DNA of 32,000 nucleotides, taken from Candidatus Iainarchaeum sp. Lineage in GTDB: Archaea; Iainarchaeota; Iainarchaeia; Iainarchaeales; DTGL01. The notes beneath the pieces were generated by a model that was not told where the DNA came from, did not search any database, and saw only the letters and a program-made list of their open reading frames with translations. Both the position numbers and the translations under genes were made by a program. Of the stretch, positions 16,473 through 24,421 are shown piece by piece. The stretch covers positions 23,763 through 55,762 of the forward strand of contig JAVYME010000003.1 in NCBI GenBank assembly GCA_038736825.1, given 5' to 3'. How positions within the stretch are numbered: the first letter of the stretch is position 1; every line of letters starts with the position of its first letter.

Positions 16473-16507
16473 GAGGCCCAAAAGGCCTCTTTCACTATTT
16501 TTTTAAA
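16473..16507. terminator. GC hairpin plus T-run between convergent acs and top6A
   Basis: GAGGCC-CAAAA-GGCCTC (16473-16489) followed by TTTCACTATTTTTTT. The hairpin is symmetric, so it is usable from both directions. Confidence 0.45.
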
Positions 16508-16519
16508 ATTAGGTTTTTT

Positions 16520-17647
16520 TTAAGGCAAAAATTCTTTGTTTTTTATTTTTTTAGGCAAGTATTCTGTTGCCACAAACTCCAAAGACTTGTTAGCTAGAGC
16601 CTGTTGCTCTATCCTGATTTTTTTCTCAATTGCTGTTTTCAGTTCAGCCTGCCAGGGCTTGTTTTTGAACCAGTCATAGTCCAGCATTTCCTTTGCCCTC
16701 TTGATGTCCCCTGGTTTCATTTTTTCAGTAACATTTTGCAAATCATAGTTTTCAACATCCTCCAAAGTCATGCCAATGTATTTGGCTTCAGGTACTGCCA
16801 TGAAATTGGAGTGGGCTGCAAGCGCCATAGAGCCTTGCTTGATCACGCTGTAAATGTACCACCCGTAGGGATCGCCGTCCGTGAAAGTGTAAATTGGAAG
16901 CTTTTGCTCGTGGTGCAATCTGAAAATAAGCCTTCTAGTGCCCCTTGCTGCCTGGCCTCCGGTTCCAACCAGTATTGCCTTGTTTTTCTTTGCAAAATCT
17001 TCTTCAATGAGCCTTTCATACATTGCGCTTGTTTCAATCACCAGAGCGTATTTTGCATTGCAATCCCTTATTTCTATTTCGTTTGGCTCCATTCTGCTCA
17101 TAATGCTCCAGCCTCCGCGGCCTAGCTTGAGGCAATTGAATTTGTCGTTGTTGTGGACTTTGTCCACAAGGGTTATGTCTCCATAAAGGGTTCCTTTGGG
17201 GTTTGCGTGCACGTTGAGTTTTTCCCTTATGGTTTCCACTGAGTGCTCTAAGTCGACTATGCATGCATCGCTTTCAGTTTGGTCTTCAAAAGTGTTCTCG
17301 TTTGTGTTTCCAATTGTGTGCTTTAACTCGTAATAGATTTCCCTGATTGAAGCGGTTTTGTTGTGGTTTAAGTAATCGTACAGTTTGCTTGTGACAAGCA
17401 TTGTTTGCAGGAATTTTTTGGTGTGCGCTACATTTAAGAAAGACCTTGTGGTTTCCTTGTCTCCCAATTCTATGATGCCCTTGTCTTCTTCGAATTCAAC
17501 GTTTCCCTTGCCTCTCTGTTTTGTTTTGAAGTGGGGGTTTTGGCCTTTCTTTATTTGGTTGACTATTTCTTCAGCCAAAGAGTGTATTCTTGATGCTATT
17601 TCTTTTGGGGTTTCAAGGCCCTTGTCTTTTTTCTTTCTTTCACTCAT
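16520..17647 (-). CDS. top6A: DNA topoisomerase VI subunit A (Spo11 family)
   Basis: The catalytic Tyr region IREIYYELKH and the Toprim motifs LVIETSA and YTFTDGDPYGWYIYS. ATG 17647 (or GTG 17656) overlaps the top6B stop at 17640-17642. Confidence 0.93.
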   Translation of the reverse strand: MSERKKKDKGLETPKEIASRIHSLAEEIVNQIKKGQNPHFKTKQRGKGNVEFEEDKGIIELGDKETTRSFLNVAHTKKFLQTMLVTSKLYDYLNHNKTASIREIYYELKHTIGNTNENTFEDQTESDACIVDLEHSVETIREKLNVHANPKGTLYGDITLVDKVHNNDKFNCLKLGRGGWSIMSRMEPNEIEIRDCNAKYALVIETSAMYERLIEEDFAKKNKAILVGTGGQAARGTRRLIFRLHHEQKLPIYTFTDGDPYGWYIYSVIKQGSMALAAHSNFMAVPEAKYIGMTLEDVENYDLQNVTEKMKPGDIKRAKEMLDYDWFKNKPWQAELKTAIEKKIRIEQQALANKSLEFVATEYLPKKIKNKEFLP

Positions 17648-19358
17648 CGCCCTCACCCATTAGTTCTGCTTTGAATTTTTTTATTCTTTCAAGTTGTTGT
17701 CTTTTCTTTTCCAGTTCTTTTTCTTTTTCTATGTCTGGTTTTTCCAGCTTGAGTTTTGTCAGTACAAGGTTTTCAAGCTTGTCTATGAGCATTTTTTTGT
17801 CTGCTTTTGTCACATTGCTGAGTGCGCCGGCTATTTCCGGAATGTATTTGTAGAACATGTCCCTTTTCATTTTGTTTTCTATTTCGCGCCTTTTAGTGCT
17901 AATATAGTGTGAGGTTTTTCTTGCGCACTGCATTAGTGCAAGCCTTAGTTCTTCCATTATTTCTTCTTCATCGGTTATTGCTTGCTTTCCAGCCCCAGTG
18001 TAGGGAACGTGCACTGAAATAAAGTTCACGAATATTGTTAGTGGAATGTTTTCCAAGTCTTTTATGCCATAGCGTTTCCAGTCCACTGTGCGTACTGCTT
18101 CTGTTATTGCGCAATTGCCTGCATCAAATAAGAGTGGAGCGCGGTTTGCAAATCGCATGATTTCCACTTTTGCTTGGTTTTCGCCGTTCATGACTTTTTG
18201 TGTTGCGTTTTGTTCTTCTTCTTTTTTTGGTTCTTCAATGCTGTTGTCTCCTGTTCCAGCCTTTCCTCCATATGCAATGCCTATTTCCACTTGGAATGGA
18301 TAGCCTCCAGCATACACCTTCGGAGGCCTTGTGAGCGTGAAAACAAATTCTGGTTCTACAATGCTTTCAAGGCTTTTCTTTATGCGTTCTTCGCCTATTG
18401 GCCTTAGTCCTTCTGTGCTGGGCGCAATGAATTCCACTTGTTTTATTGCGTTTACGAGTTGTTCTGCTTCATCCCATGAAAGCTGTTTTGGGTCTTTGTT
18501 TAGGTCAAACTTCACCAGTTTTTGGATTTTTTCTATTGCTGTGTCGCCAACCCTTTCAAAATCGCTTTTAAGAAAGCTTGAAACCTTTCTTGCAGTGCTG
18601 GCTTTTCCCATTGTTATTATGTCATCCACTGTTGCACCGCTGGGATGTGGTTTTTGTGCAACCGGAAGCTTTGGAATATAGTTTGCTGTTCTGTTAAAAG
18701 TGATTTTTTCGCCTTTGGGTGAAATGAATGTCACTTGTGCGTGAGGGTTTGCTATTGCGGTTCTTCTAAGGTATTCAAGCGGTCCTGTGCTGCTTTCCCT
18801 GTAAATAACATCTTTAAATCTTGCTTGCACCATTAAGCCCCTGAAGGGTTTGTCGATTTCTTGCAGGTTTTCTATTTTTGGCTGGTTTTTTTTGGGGTCA
18901 ATGGTTATCTCGCAGGCAAATGGCTTGCCTTTGCCTGTGCCGGTTATGACTTTAACCGGCTTGCCGGTAGTCATTTGCGAGAGCATTGTGCAGCCTGCAG
19001 CGCCTATGCCTTGTTGTCCGCGCATTTGCATTAGCCTGTGGAATTTTGTTCCTGCAAGAAGTTGCCCTAATGCCTTGCCAACAGTCTCTTTTGTCAGCCC
19101 CGGACCGTTGTCTTTTGCTGTTACAAGATAGTATTCTTCGCCCAATTCTTCTATTTTTACCTCTATGTCTGGAAGGATTCTGGCTTCTTCGCAGGCGTCA
19201 AGGGAATTTGTGACATATTCGTGGACAATGGTTGTCAGGGTTCGAACTTTTCCGTAAAGGCCCAGCATTTGCCTGTTTTTTTTGAAGAATTCTGCTACAG
19301 AGTGCTCTTTGAACTCTTCTGCCAGTTTTTCTGCTGCAACGGTTTTTTCTTCAGTCAT
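17640..19358 (-). CDS. top6B: DNA topoisomerase VI subunit B (GHKL ATPase)
   Basis: The Bergerat-fold motifs VHEYVTNSLDA, AKDNGPGL and GQQGIGAAG, plus a transducer domain. The C-terminal tail is K/E-rich. Confidence 0.93.
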   Translation of the reverse strand: MTEEKTVAAEKLAEEFKEHSVAEFFKKNRQMLGLYGKVRTLTTIVHEYVTNSLDACEEARILPDIEVKIEELGEEYYLVTAKDNGPGLTKETVGKALGQLLAGTKFHRLMQMRGQQGIGAAGCTMLSQMTTGKPVKVITGTGKGKPFACEITIDPKKNQPKIENLQEIDKPFRGLMVQARFKDVIYRESSTGPLEYLRRTAIANPHAQVTFISPKGEKITFNRTANYIPKLPVAQKPHPSGATVDDIITMGKASTARKVSSFLKSDFERVGDTAIEKIQKLVKFDLNKDPKQLSWDEAEQLVNAIKQVEFIAPSTEGLRPIGEERIKKSLESIVEPEFVFTLTRPPKVYAGGYPFQVEIGIAYGGKAGTGDNSIEEPKKEEEQNATQKVMNGENQAKVEIMRFANRAPLLFDAGNCAITEAVRTVDWKRYGIKDLENIPLTIFVNFISVHVPYTGAGKQAITDEEEIMEELRLALMQCARKTSHYISTKRREIENKMKRDMFYKYIPEIAGALSNVTKADKKMLIDKLENLVLTKLKLEKPDIEKEKELEKKRQQLERIKKFKAELMGEGDE

Positions 19359-19361
19359 GCT

Positions 19362-19925
19362 TTACAACTCAAACCTTTTTTCTTCCATCATTTTTTCTTT
19401 GAGCATTTCAAAGGCAGTGCTTATGTTTGCTCCTTCCAGAATGCTGTTGATAACGAATTCTGCGTTTTCTATTTCTTCAAACCGTCCAATTATTGCAATG
19501 GTGTTTCCAAAAACGGAAACACTGCAGTTGGTTTCTTTTTCGATTCGGTTTCTTGTTTGTCCTTTGCTTCCAATAATTCTGGCTTTTTTTTGCCTTATTG
19601 CTTTTTCGCTTTTTCCAACCACGTCCTTTAATTTTATAATGCTCATTGTGGTGTCTTCACCCAAGAGCATCATTGCTTTTTGTGGTGAAAAGCCTCGCCC
19701 TATGGCTTTGACTATGTTTTCAGCAATGTGTTGTTTTTCTCCGTCTTTTCCTTCTATTGATATTTCGCCAGACTGGCTGTCTATTTCAATTTTTGTTTTT
19801 GTTTCCTTTTCTATTCTTGCTTTTGTTTTTCCTTTTGGCCCTATTATGACTGCAATCCTGTTTAAGGGCACTCTGAGAAAGGATTGAGCCAAAGAAGACC
19901 ACTTAGTTGCGCAAGCGCATCCCAA
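19362..19925 (-). CDS. KH-domain RNA-binding protein (two type-I KH domains, Dim2/Pno1-like)
   Basis: IAVIIGPKGKTKARIEKET and ARIIGSKGQTRNRIEKET are two GxxG KH motifs. There is no in-frame ATG. Candidate starts are TTG 19925, TTG 19892 and GTG 19871, so the 5' end is uncertain. Confidence 0.8.
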   Translation of the reverse strand: MGCACATKWSSLAQSFLRVPLNRIAVIIGPKGKTKARIEKETKTKIEIDSQSGEISIEGKDGEKQHIAENIVKAIGRGFSPQKAMMLLGEDTTMSIIKLKDVVGKSEKAIRQKKARIIGSKGQTRNRIEKETNCSVSVFGNTIAIIGRFEEIENAEFVINSILEGANISTAFEMLKEKMMEEKRFEL

Positions 19926-19942
19926 AAAATTAAAGGCAAAAG

Positions 19943-19952
19943 CTTTATAAAG
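19943..19952 (-). promoter_or_regulatory. Palindromic TATA box CTTTATAAAG upstream of the KH gene
   Basis: Located in the 33-nt rio1-KH spacer, centred ~23-26 nt from the TTG at 19925. Confidence 0.4.
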
Positions 19953-19958
19953 AGATTT

Positions 19959-20705
19959 TCAGGGCTTTCCCTTAAAAGAGCGGATTTGCTCTAAAAACTC
20001 GTTTTCTGTTGTTTTAAGCCCTATTTTGGAGAAATAGTTTGCCATATTCTTGACATCCCTTTCAAAGAATTCTTTGGCTTTCGGATGGCTTGTGAGAACC
20101 GCTTGCCCGCAGTCTATGAGTACAAGTTCTTCGTTGAAATTCAGTATATTGTATTCAGAGAGGTCTGCATGGACTAGTTTTGCCTTTTCAATCATTAAAG
20201 CAATCCATTCTGCCACTGTCGCTCTTGCTTTTTTTGGGTTTTTTGGCGGTTTTTCTTTCATTGCAGGTGCTGCCTCTTCTTTTCCAATGAATTCCATTAC
20301 AAGTATGTTTTCGCTGAAGGTCAAGGGCAGTGGTGCCCTGATGCCAGCCCTGTTCAGGCATTCAAGGTTCTTGAATTCTTTTCTTGCCCACTGACTGACG
20401 AGCTCGCGCTTGTCCTTTTTCACTTCTTTGAAGCGCAAGTCCCCTTCAATGTAATCACGCATTTTTTTGAAATCGCTTGCAAGGGTTTTATAGATTTTCA
20501 CAGCGCGATGGTTTCCCGCGTGGTCTTGTGCTCTGAAAACGTGGGCTTCCTTGCCTGTGCTTACCACAAATTCCACGAAATCAAAATAGCCCTTGTCTGC
20601 AAGGCGGTGCAATGCAAGAATGGTGCGGTTGTCAAAAACCTTTGCAAATATTTCGCGAGACTTTTCTTCTTTTACCAGCTCGCCCAACATGGCTTTTTCC
20701 ATCAT
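19959..20705 (-). CDS. rio1: RIO-type serine/threonine protein kinase Rio1
   Basis: VSTGKEAHVF (RIO P-loop equivalent), LVHADLSEYNIL (catalytic loop) and LIDCGQAV (metal-binding loop). Length is ~248 aa with no Rio2-type wHTH. Confidence 0.9.
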   Translation of the reverse strand: MMEKAMLGELVKEEKSREIFAKVFDNRTILALHRLADKGYFDFVEFVVSTGKEAHVFRAQDHAGNHRAVKIYKTLASDFKKMRDYIEGDLRFKEVKKDKRELVSQWARKEFKNLECLNRAGIRAPLPLTFSENILVMEFIGKEEAAPAMKEKPPKNPKKARATVAEWIALMIEKAKLVHADLSEYNILNFNEELVLIDCGQAVLTSHPKAKEFFERDVKNMANYFSKIGLKTTENEFLEQIRSFKGKP

Positions 20706-20741
20706 TAATAGAATTGACTGGGAAAATTATTAATTTTTTTA

Positions 20742-21068
20742 TCAGAGAGGCAGTCCTTTCAAGAGGCCTTTTCTTTCAAGCAGGTTTTTTTGCCCTCCAA
20801 GGTATCTCCAGACAATGTCTGCCTTTGAAGGCTGAAAATCCCAGACTTTGACGATTATTAGGTCGCCTTCCCGCATCCAAACGCGCTTGCGCATTTTGCC
20901 GGTTATGCGGCAGCCCCTTTCAACGCCGTCCTCGCATATTGCTTTGATTTGGCCAGCGCCCTGGATTTTTTTGACTATTGCAAAGAGTTCTCCTTCGTTT
21001 CTGTGCGGCAGCCTGAGTTTTCTCGGGGATTCCTCTTCTTCAAACTCTTTTTCGGTTATCCTTGACAC
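20742..21068 (-). CDS. eif1a: Translation initiation factor aIF-1A
   Basis: LRLPHRNEGELFAIVKKIQGAGQIKAICEDG and ITGKMRKRVWMREGDLIIVKVWDFQPSKADIVWRY indicate an S1-like OB fold. GTG start. Confidence 0.9.
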   Translation of the reverse strand: MSRITEKEFEEEESPRKLRLPHRNEGELFAIVKKIQGAGQIKAICEDGVERGCRITGKMRKRVWMREGDLIIVKVWDFQPSKADIVWRYLGGQKNLLERKGLLKGLPL

Positions 21069-21074
21069 CTGCAG

Positions 21075-21365
21075 TCAAATCTTGAAAACTTGGGCGTGTG
21101 GAACGCCTTTTATTCTAATAATGTTGCCTTCACTTATTAACCCTTTCTCAAGCGCAATTTCCACGCATTTTTTTCCGACAAGGTTTATGTTTTCGCTTTC
21201 TTCCATCATTTCTGAGAGCTCTTTTTTTCCGACAAGGCGTCCGCCATAAAATGATTCGCTTACAATAAATGAAATTTTTCCTTCTTCAAGTTTTTTTCCC
21301 AAGAGTTCTTTGTCACAGGCAGCCAGAACGCTTTGCGAGCCCTGCCCGTGAAGTTTTGCGTACAT
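21075..21365 (-). CDS. DUF424-family protein (uncharacterised, archaea-specific)
   Basis: A 96-aa product. VLAACDKELLGKKLEEGKISFIVSESFYGG ... NLVGKKCVEIALEKGLI ... GVPHAQVF matches my recollection of the DUF424/COG2412 pattern. Confidence 0.65.
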   Translation of the reverse strand: MYAKLHGQGSQSVLAACDKELLGKKLEEGKISFIVSESFYGGRLVGKKELSEMMEESENINLVGKKCVEIALEKGLISEGNIIRIKGVPHAQVFKI

Positions 21366-21375
21366 TTTTTTTCCC

Positions 21376-21777
21376 TTATTCTCTTATTGCAGTTATTGCC
21401 CCGCAAGCACTGCATTTGAGTATTTTTACGCCTTTTTGCTCGATTATTTTTGTATCCGGTCTTGAGCATTCGCGGCATAGCACAAATCGCTTTACATAGT
21501 CTTCCAGAAAGCCTTGGAGTTCGTGTTGTGAGAAAACTCCCTTTAATATTAGCCTTCCTCCTTCTATGTTTGCAGCCGATGCTGCTTGCGAAGTGAAATA
21601 TTTTAGTGCGTGCTTTTCTTCTCGCTGGAGGTCTTTTATTGTTTTTGAAAAGTTTGCAACAATTGTTTTGTTGCCTTGAACTATTACTTGGAGTTTTGGC
21701 ATTTCAAATCTTTCCTTTTTCAGGCTTTCCGGGGGTATTTGCTTGTAAGCCTTTTCAAGCAATTCCTCGTAATTCAT
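21376..21777 (-). CDS. eif2b: Translation initiation factor aIF-2 subunit beta
   Basis: ERFEMPKLQVIVQGNKTIVANF, RLILKGVFSQ and the C-terminal zinc ribbon CRECSRPDT...CSACGA. Confidence 0.9.
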   Translation of the reverse strand: MNYEELLEKAYKQIPPESLKKERFEMPKLQVIVQGNKTIVANFSKTIKDLQREEKHALKYFTSQAASAANIEGGRLILKGVFSQHELQGFLEDYVKRFVLCRECSRPDTKIIEQKGVKILKCSACGAITAIRE

Positions 21778-22280
21778 TTCACCACTTCCCTTTCAATTTT
21801 GAGCTCGCTTGCCTGCTGGAATTCATTTAAATCTTCTGCAATTGTTTTTTTTGCTTTTTCATTTTTTTCTTTTTTTGTTCCTGTTTTTTCAGCGAACTTT
21901 ATTGTGCTTATTTTGTCAAGCCGTTCCAGTAATTCTTCTTCAAAAGAGATTTTTTGGATTCCTTCAGCTAGCACATAAATTTTGTTGTTGTTTTCCCTTA
22001 CCTTGCCTATTACTTTCACTGTGTCCCCTTTTTTGACTTTTTTGATGTCTTTTAGTCTTTCCTTAAAGGCTTTAACATCAATTGTTCCAGTAAAATCGTC
22101 TATTGAAATGCTTGCAAAATCGTTTTCTGATTCAAAAGTTTGCCAAACCACACCCCAAACATTTACCCTGGAAACCTTGAAGCCTGATGCGGTTACAGCG
22201 TAATGCGGTTCAAACTCGCCTTCTCCTCGGAAAAAAACCGCGTTTTCAAGTTCTTTTAATGGAAGGCTAAAAGCCCTCAT
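21774..22280 (-). CDS. OB-fold nucleic-acid-binding protein (RPA32/Stn1-like OB), function unknown
   Basis: VSRVNVWGVVWQTFESENDFASISIDDFTGTIDVKAF...KGDTVKVIGKVRENNNKIYVLAEGIQKI is a typical tRNA_anti/RPA2-type OB barrel. The C-terminal tail is K/E-rich. AGGAGG lies 8 nt upstream of the ATG. The stop overlaps the aIF2-beta start (ATGA). Confidence 0.6.
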   Translation of the reverse strand: MRAFSLPLKELENAVFFRGEGEFEPHYAVTASGFKVSRVNVWGVVWQTFESENDFASISIDDFTGTIDVKAFKERLKDIKKVKKGDTVKVIGKVRENNNKIYVLAEGIQKISFEEELLERLDKISTIKFAEKTGTKKEKNEKAKKTIAEDLNEFQQASELKIEREVVK

Positions 22281-22362
22281 TTTTCAAGCCTCCTTTAAAC
22301 TATTATTACTTGTTAGGTTTAAAAGAAAAGAGGTTGTAATCCGTTAGTGAATTGGTGGTTTT

Positions 22363-22986
22363 TTGGCTAGAACTGAAAAAAAGCGTTTTGCTTATGCAAA
22401 ACCGCTTGCATTGACAATTGCAGTGCTGGCAGTAATTGTTTTGGTGGTTTATGTTTCTTTTTTTGCAGACATCAAGTCTGTTGAGGGAACCATTGCCTGG
22501 CTTTTGAAGACTTTTGGCTTGCCAGGTCTTTTTGTTGCAGCCATTATAGCGAATTCAACAATAGTTTTGCCATTGCCATTGGATTTCATTGTTTTTCCCC
22601 TTGGAGAAGTGGATTTTTATGGTTTGGGGTTTTTTAGCCCTGTGGCTGTGGGCATTGCAGTTGGCTTTGGCGCAGCCATAGGCGAGCTATCTGGTTATTT
22701 TTTTGGTTTTATGGGGGCAAAGGGAATTGAAAAACTGAAGCACATTGAAATGAAAAGACTGGCGTATGTGAAAGGGCTTGTCTACAAGTATGGTGCCATG
22801 GTTATTTTCTTTTTTGCCCTTGTTCCTTCAGTTTTTGATTTTGTAGGCATTTCAGCAGGATTGATAAAATTTGATGTTAGAAAGTTTTTTTTAGCATGTG
22901 CAGCCGGCAAAATCACTCGCTACATTCTTATTGGCTATTTTGGCAGAATTGTAATAGACTTTTTGTACCATGCGCATTTTTTTTGA
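22363..22986 (+). CDS. VTT-domain membrane protein (DedA/YqaA family)
   Basis: ANSTIVLPLPLDFIVFPLG, GAAIGELSGYFFGFMGAKG and ALVPSVFDFVGISAGLIKFDVRKFF match the YqaA/DedA pattern. TTG start with GGTGG 4 nt upstream. Confidence 0.7.
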   Translation: MARTEKKRFAYAKPLALTIAVLAVIVLVVYVSFFADIKSVEGTIAWLLKTFGLPGLFVAAIIANSTIVLPLPLDFIVFPLGEVDFYGLGFFSPVAVGIAVGFGAAIGELSGYFFGFMGAKGIEKLKHIEMKRLAYVKGLVYKYGAMVIFFFALVPSVFDFVGISAGLIKFDVRKFFLACAAGKITRYILIGYFGRIVIDFLYHAHFF

Positions 22987-22991
22987 AAAAA

Positions 22992-23852
22992 TCAAAGGAC
23001 AGGCATGCCTGCAAAAAGGCAAGCACCCCACATTGCAATCATGAAAACCGATTGAAGTGGCAGTGCCGGCAAAGCAATTTTTCTTTCAGCGCAAATGTGG
23101 AGTGTTCCCACTAAACCCAATATTGAAGCAAACAAAACCAGTAAAACTGGAATTATGGCGAAAAAGAGCGGCAGGTTTTCGAGTTTCGAGGCAGTAGTTG
23201 AAAAAACCGCTATGCCGAAAACCAAGGGTATTACAAGATCGCCTGTGCCAAGCTGGAATTCGCGCTCTTTTGTTGGAATGGTGAAAGTGAAGGCAAGGTT
23301 TTCTGAAACTATTGCTTTTGCCATTTTAACCATGTGCTTTGTGACAAAAACTGCGAATATATCGTAAACAGACAGCGACACAATGAAGATTATTACTGGC
23401 AGCACTCCAAGGCTTACTCCAATAAGGGCGCCAGCGCCGGCAACAGCAAAAAGGCTTGAAATATTCTTAAGCCAGATGTTTTTCCTGAACTTTATCCTGA
23501 GAACCACTAACAGTATTGCAAAGGCAGGTGAAAGAAATAAAACTAATGCAGGGCCTTGCGGGAAAAAAAGAAAAATTAATGAATCCAAGACAAGCCATGT
23601 TGTGAAAAAAACAGCGATTTTTTCAAACAATCCGAAAGCACGCCTTTTGAAAAACCTCATCAGAAAAAGAAAAAAAGCAGTTACAAAAATTATGTAAAGT
23701 AACAGCGCAAAAGAATTGATTGGATCCTGCGGATTGTCATTAACAATTGTTGCATGCACTCCCTGTTGCATTAAAGCCAGTGCCACCAGTATGCCAAGCA
23801 TTTGGCTTAAGGCAAAAAAAACAAAAAACCAGGCATATAGCTGAAACCGCAT
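22992..23852 (-). CDS. Presenilin / signal-peptide-peptidase-like intramembrane aspartyl protease (A22 family)
   Basis: YD motif (LSVYDIFAVFVTKHM), GxGD motif (QLGTGDLVIP) and PAL motif (IALPALPL) occur in order within a polytopic protein. Start was chosen at ATG 23852 because the CTTTATAAAG box is centred 26 nt upstream, which looks leaderless. Confidence 0.8.
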   Translation of the reverse strand: MRFQLYAWFFVFFALSQMLGILVALALMQQGVHATIVNDNPQDPINSFALLLYIIFVTAFFLFLMRFFKRRAFGLFEKIAVFFTTWLVLDSLIFLFFPQGPALVLFLSPAFAILLVVLRIKFRKNIWLKNISSLFAVAGAGALIGVSLGVLPVIIFIVSLSVYDIFAVFVTKHMVKMAKAIVSENLAFTFTIPTKEREFQLGTGDLVIPLVFGIAVFSTTASKLENLPLFFAIIPVLLVLFASILGLVGTLHICAERKIALPALPLQSVFMIAMWGACLFAGMPVL

Positions 23853-23873
23853 ACCATTAATAACCAAATTAAC

Positions 23874-23883
23874 CTTTATAAAG
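23874..23883. promoter_or_regulatory. Palindromic TATA box CTTTATAAAG in the presenilin/rnp2 divergent spacer
   Basis: Centred 26 nt from ATG 23852 on the minus strand. A second A/T box, AATTTAAT (23929-23936), is centred ~27 nt before the rnp2 ATG at 23961. Confidence 0.5.
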
Positions 23884-23960
23884 ACTGTTGAATGTTGCTT
23901 GCACGCCAAACCAAAGCAATAGGAAAAGAATTTAATCATTCAACAGGATTTAAATCCAGT

Positions 23961-24311
23961 ATGGCTAAAACAAAAACCTCACTCAACCCTTTGCCGAAAA
24001 CCCTCAGGGAAAGAAACCGCTATCTCTTGTTTGAGGTTTTGCCAGTGCAAGGATTCAACGGAAAGGATTTTGCAATAGCCTTGGAAGAGGTTTTCCTTTC
24101 ATTGTATGGCTCAATTGGAACCGCAGAAATAAACCCTAAAATTGTCAAGTTTTGGCCTGAAAAAGGCAAAGGGGTTTTATGTTGCAGGCGTGGCTTTGAA
24201 ACCAAGGCAAGAACAGCATTTTTATTCTTGAAAGAAGTTAAAGGAGTGCAAGTAAAAGCGCGCTCTTTGAAGTGCTCTGGCACTCTCAAGGCCTTAAGCC
24301 AAAGCCTTTAA
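23961..24311 (+). CDS. rnp2: RNase P protein component 2 (Pop5/Rpp14 family)
   Basis: From ATG 23961 the product reads MAKTKTSLNPLPKTLRERNRYLLFEV...GVLCCRRGFETKARTAFLF...KCSGTLKAL. It sits in the canonical position ahead of psmA. Confidence 0.85.
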   Translation: MAKTKTSLNPLPKTLRERNRYLLFEVLPVQGFNGKDFAIALEEVFLSLYGSIGTAEINPKIVKFWPEKGKGVLCCRRGFETKARTAFLFLKEVKGVQVKARSLKCSGTLKALSQSL

Positions 24312-24345
24312 ATTGTTTACGTTCAATAATTTCTTCCAAAGGCAA

Positions 24346-24367
24346 TGTATAAAATATATATATTTTA
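24346..24367 (+). promoter_or_regulatory. Strong TATA region upstream of psmA
   Basis: TGTATAAAATATATATATTTTA lies ~55-75 nt before ATG 24422. GGAGGG at 24411-24416 sits 5 nt before the ATG. Confidence 0.5.
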
Positions 24368-24421
24368 GGGACCAGATTTTTAGGGTTTTAAGTTTTTATT
24401 TGGCTTTTGCGGAGGGAGCAT

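Noticed and set aside
19282-19887. A 201-aa plus-strand ORF.
   Set aside because: It is antisense to the KH-domain gene and the top6B 5' end, with hydrophobic low-complexity translation and no start context.
24363-24385. Two copies of TTTTAGGG (telomere-repeat-like) just downstream of the psmA TATA region.
   Set aside because: There are only two short copies in an A/T-rich promoter or 5' leader. Chance, or a simple initiator/operator context, is more likely than any repeat element. It might be worth revisiting only if the motif recurs at other promoters.
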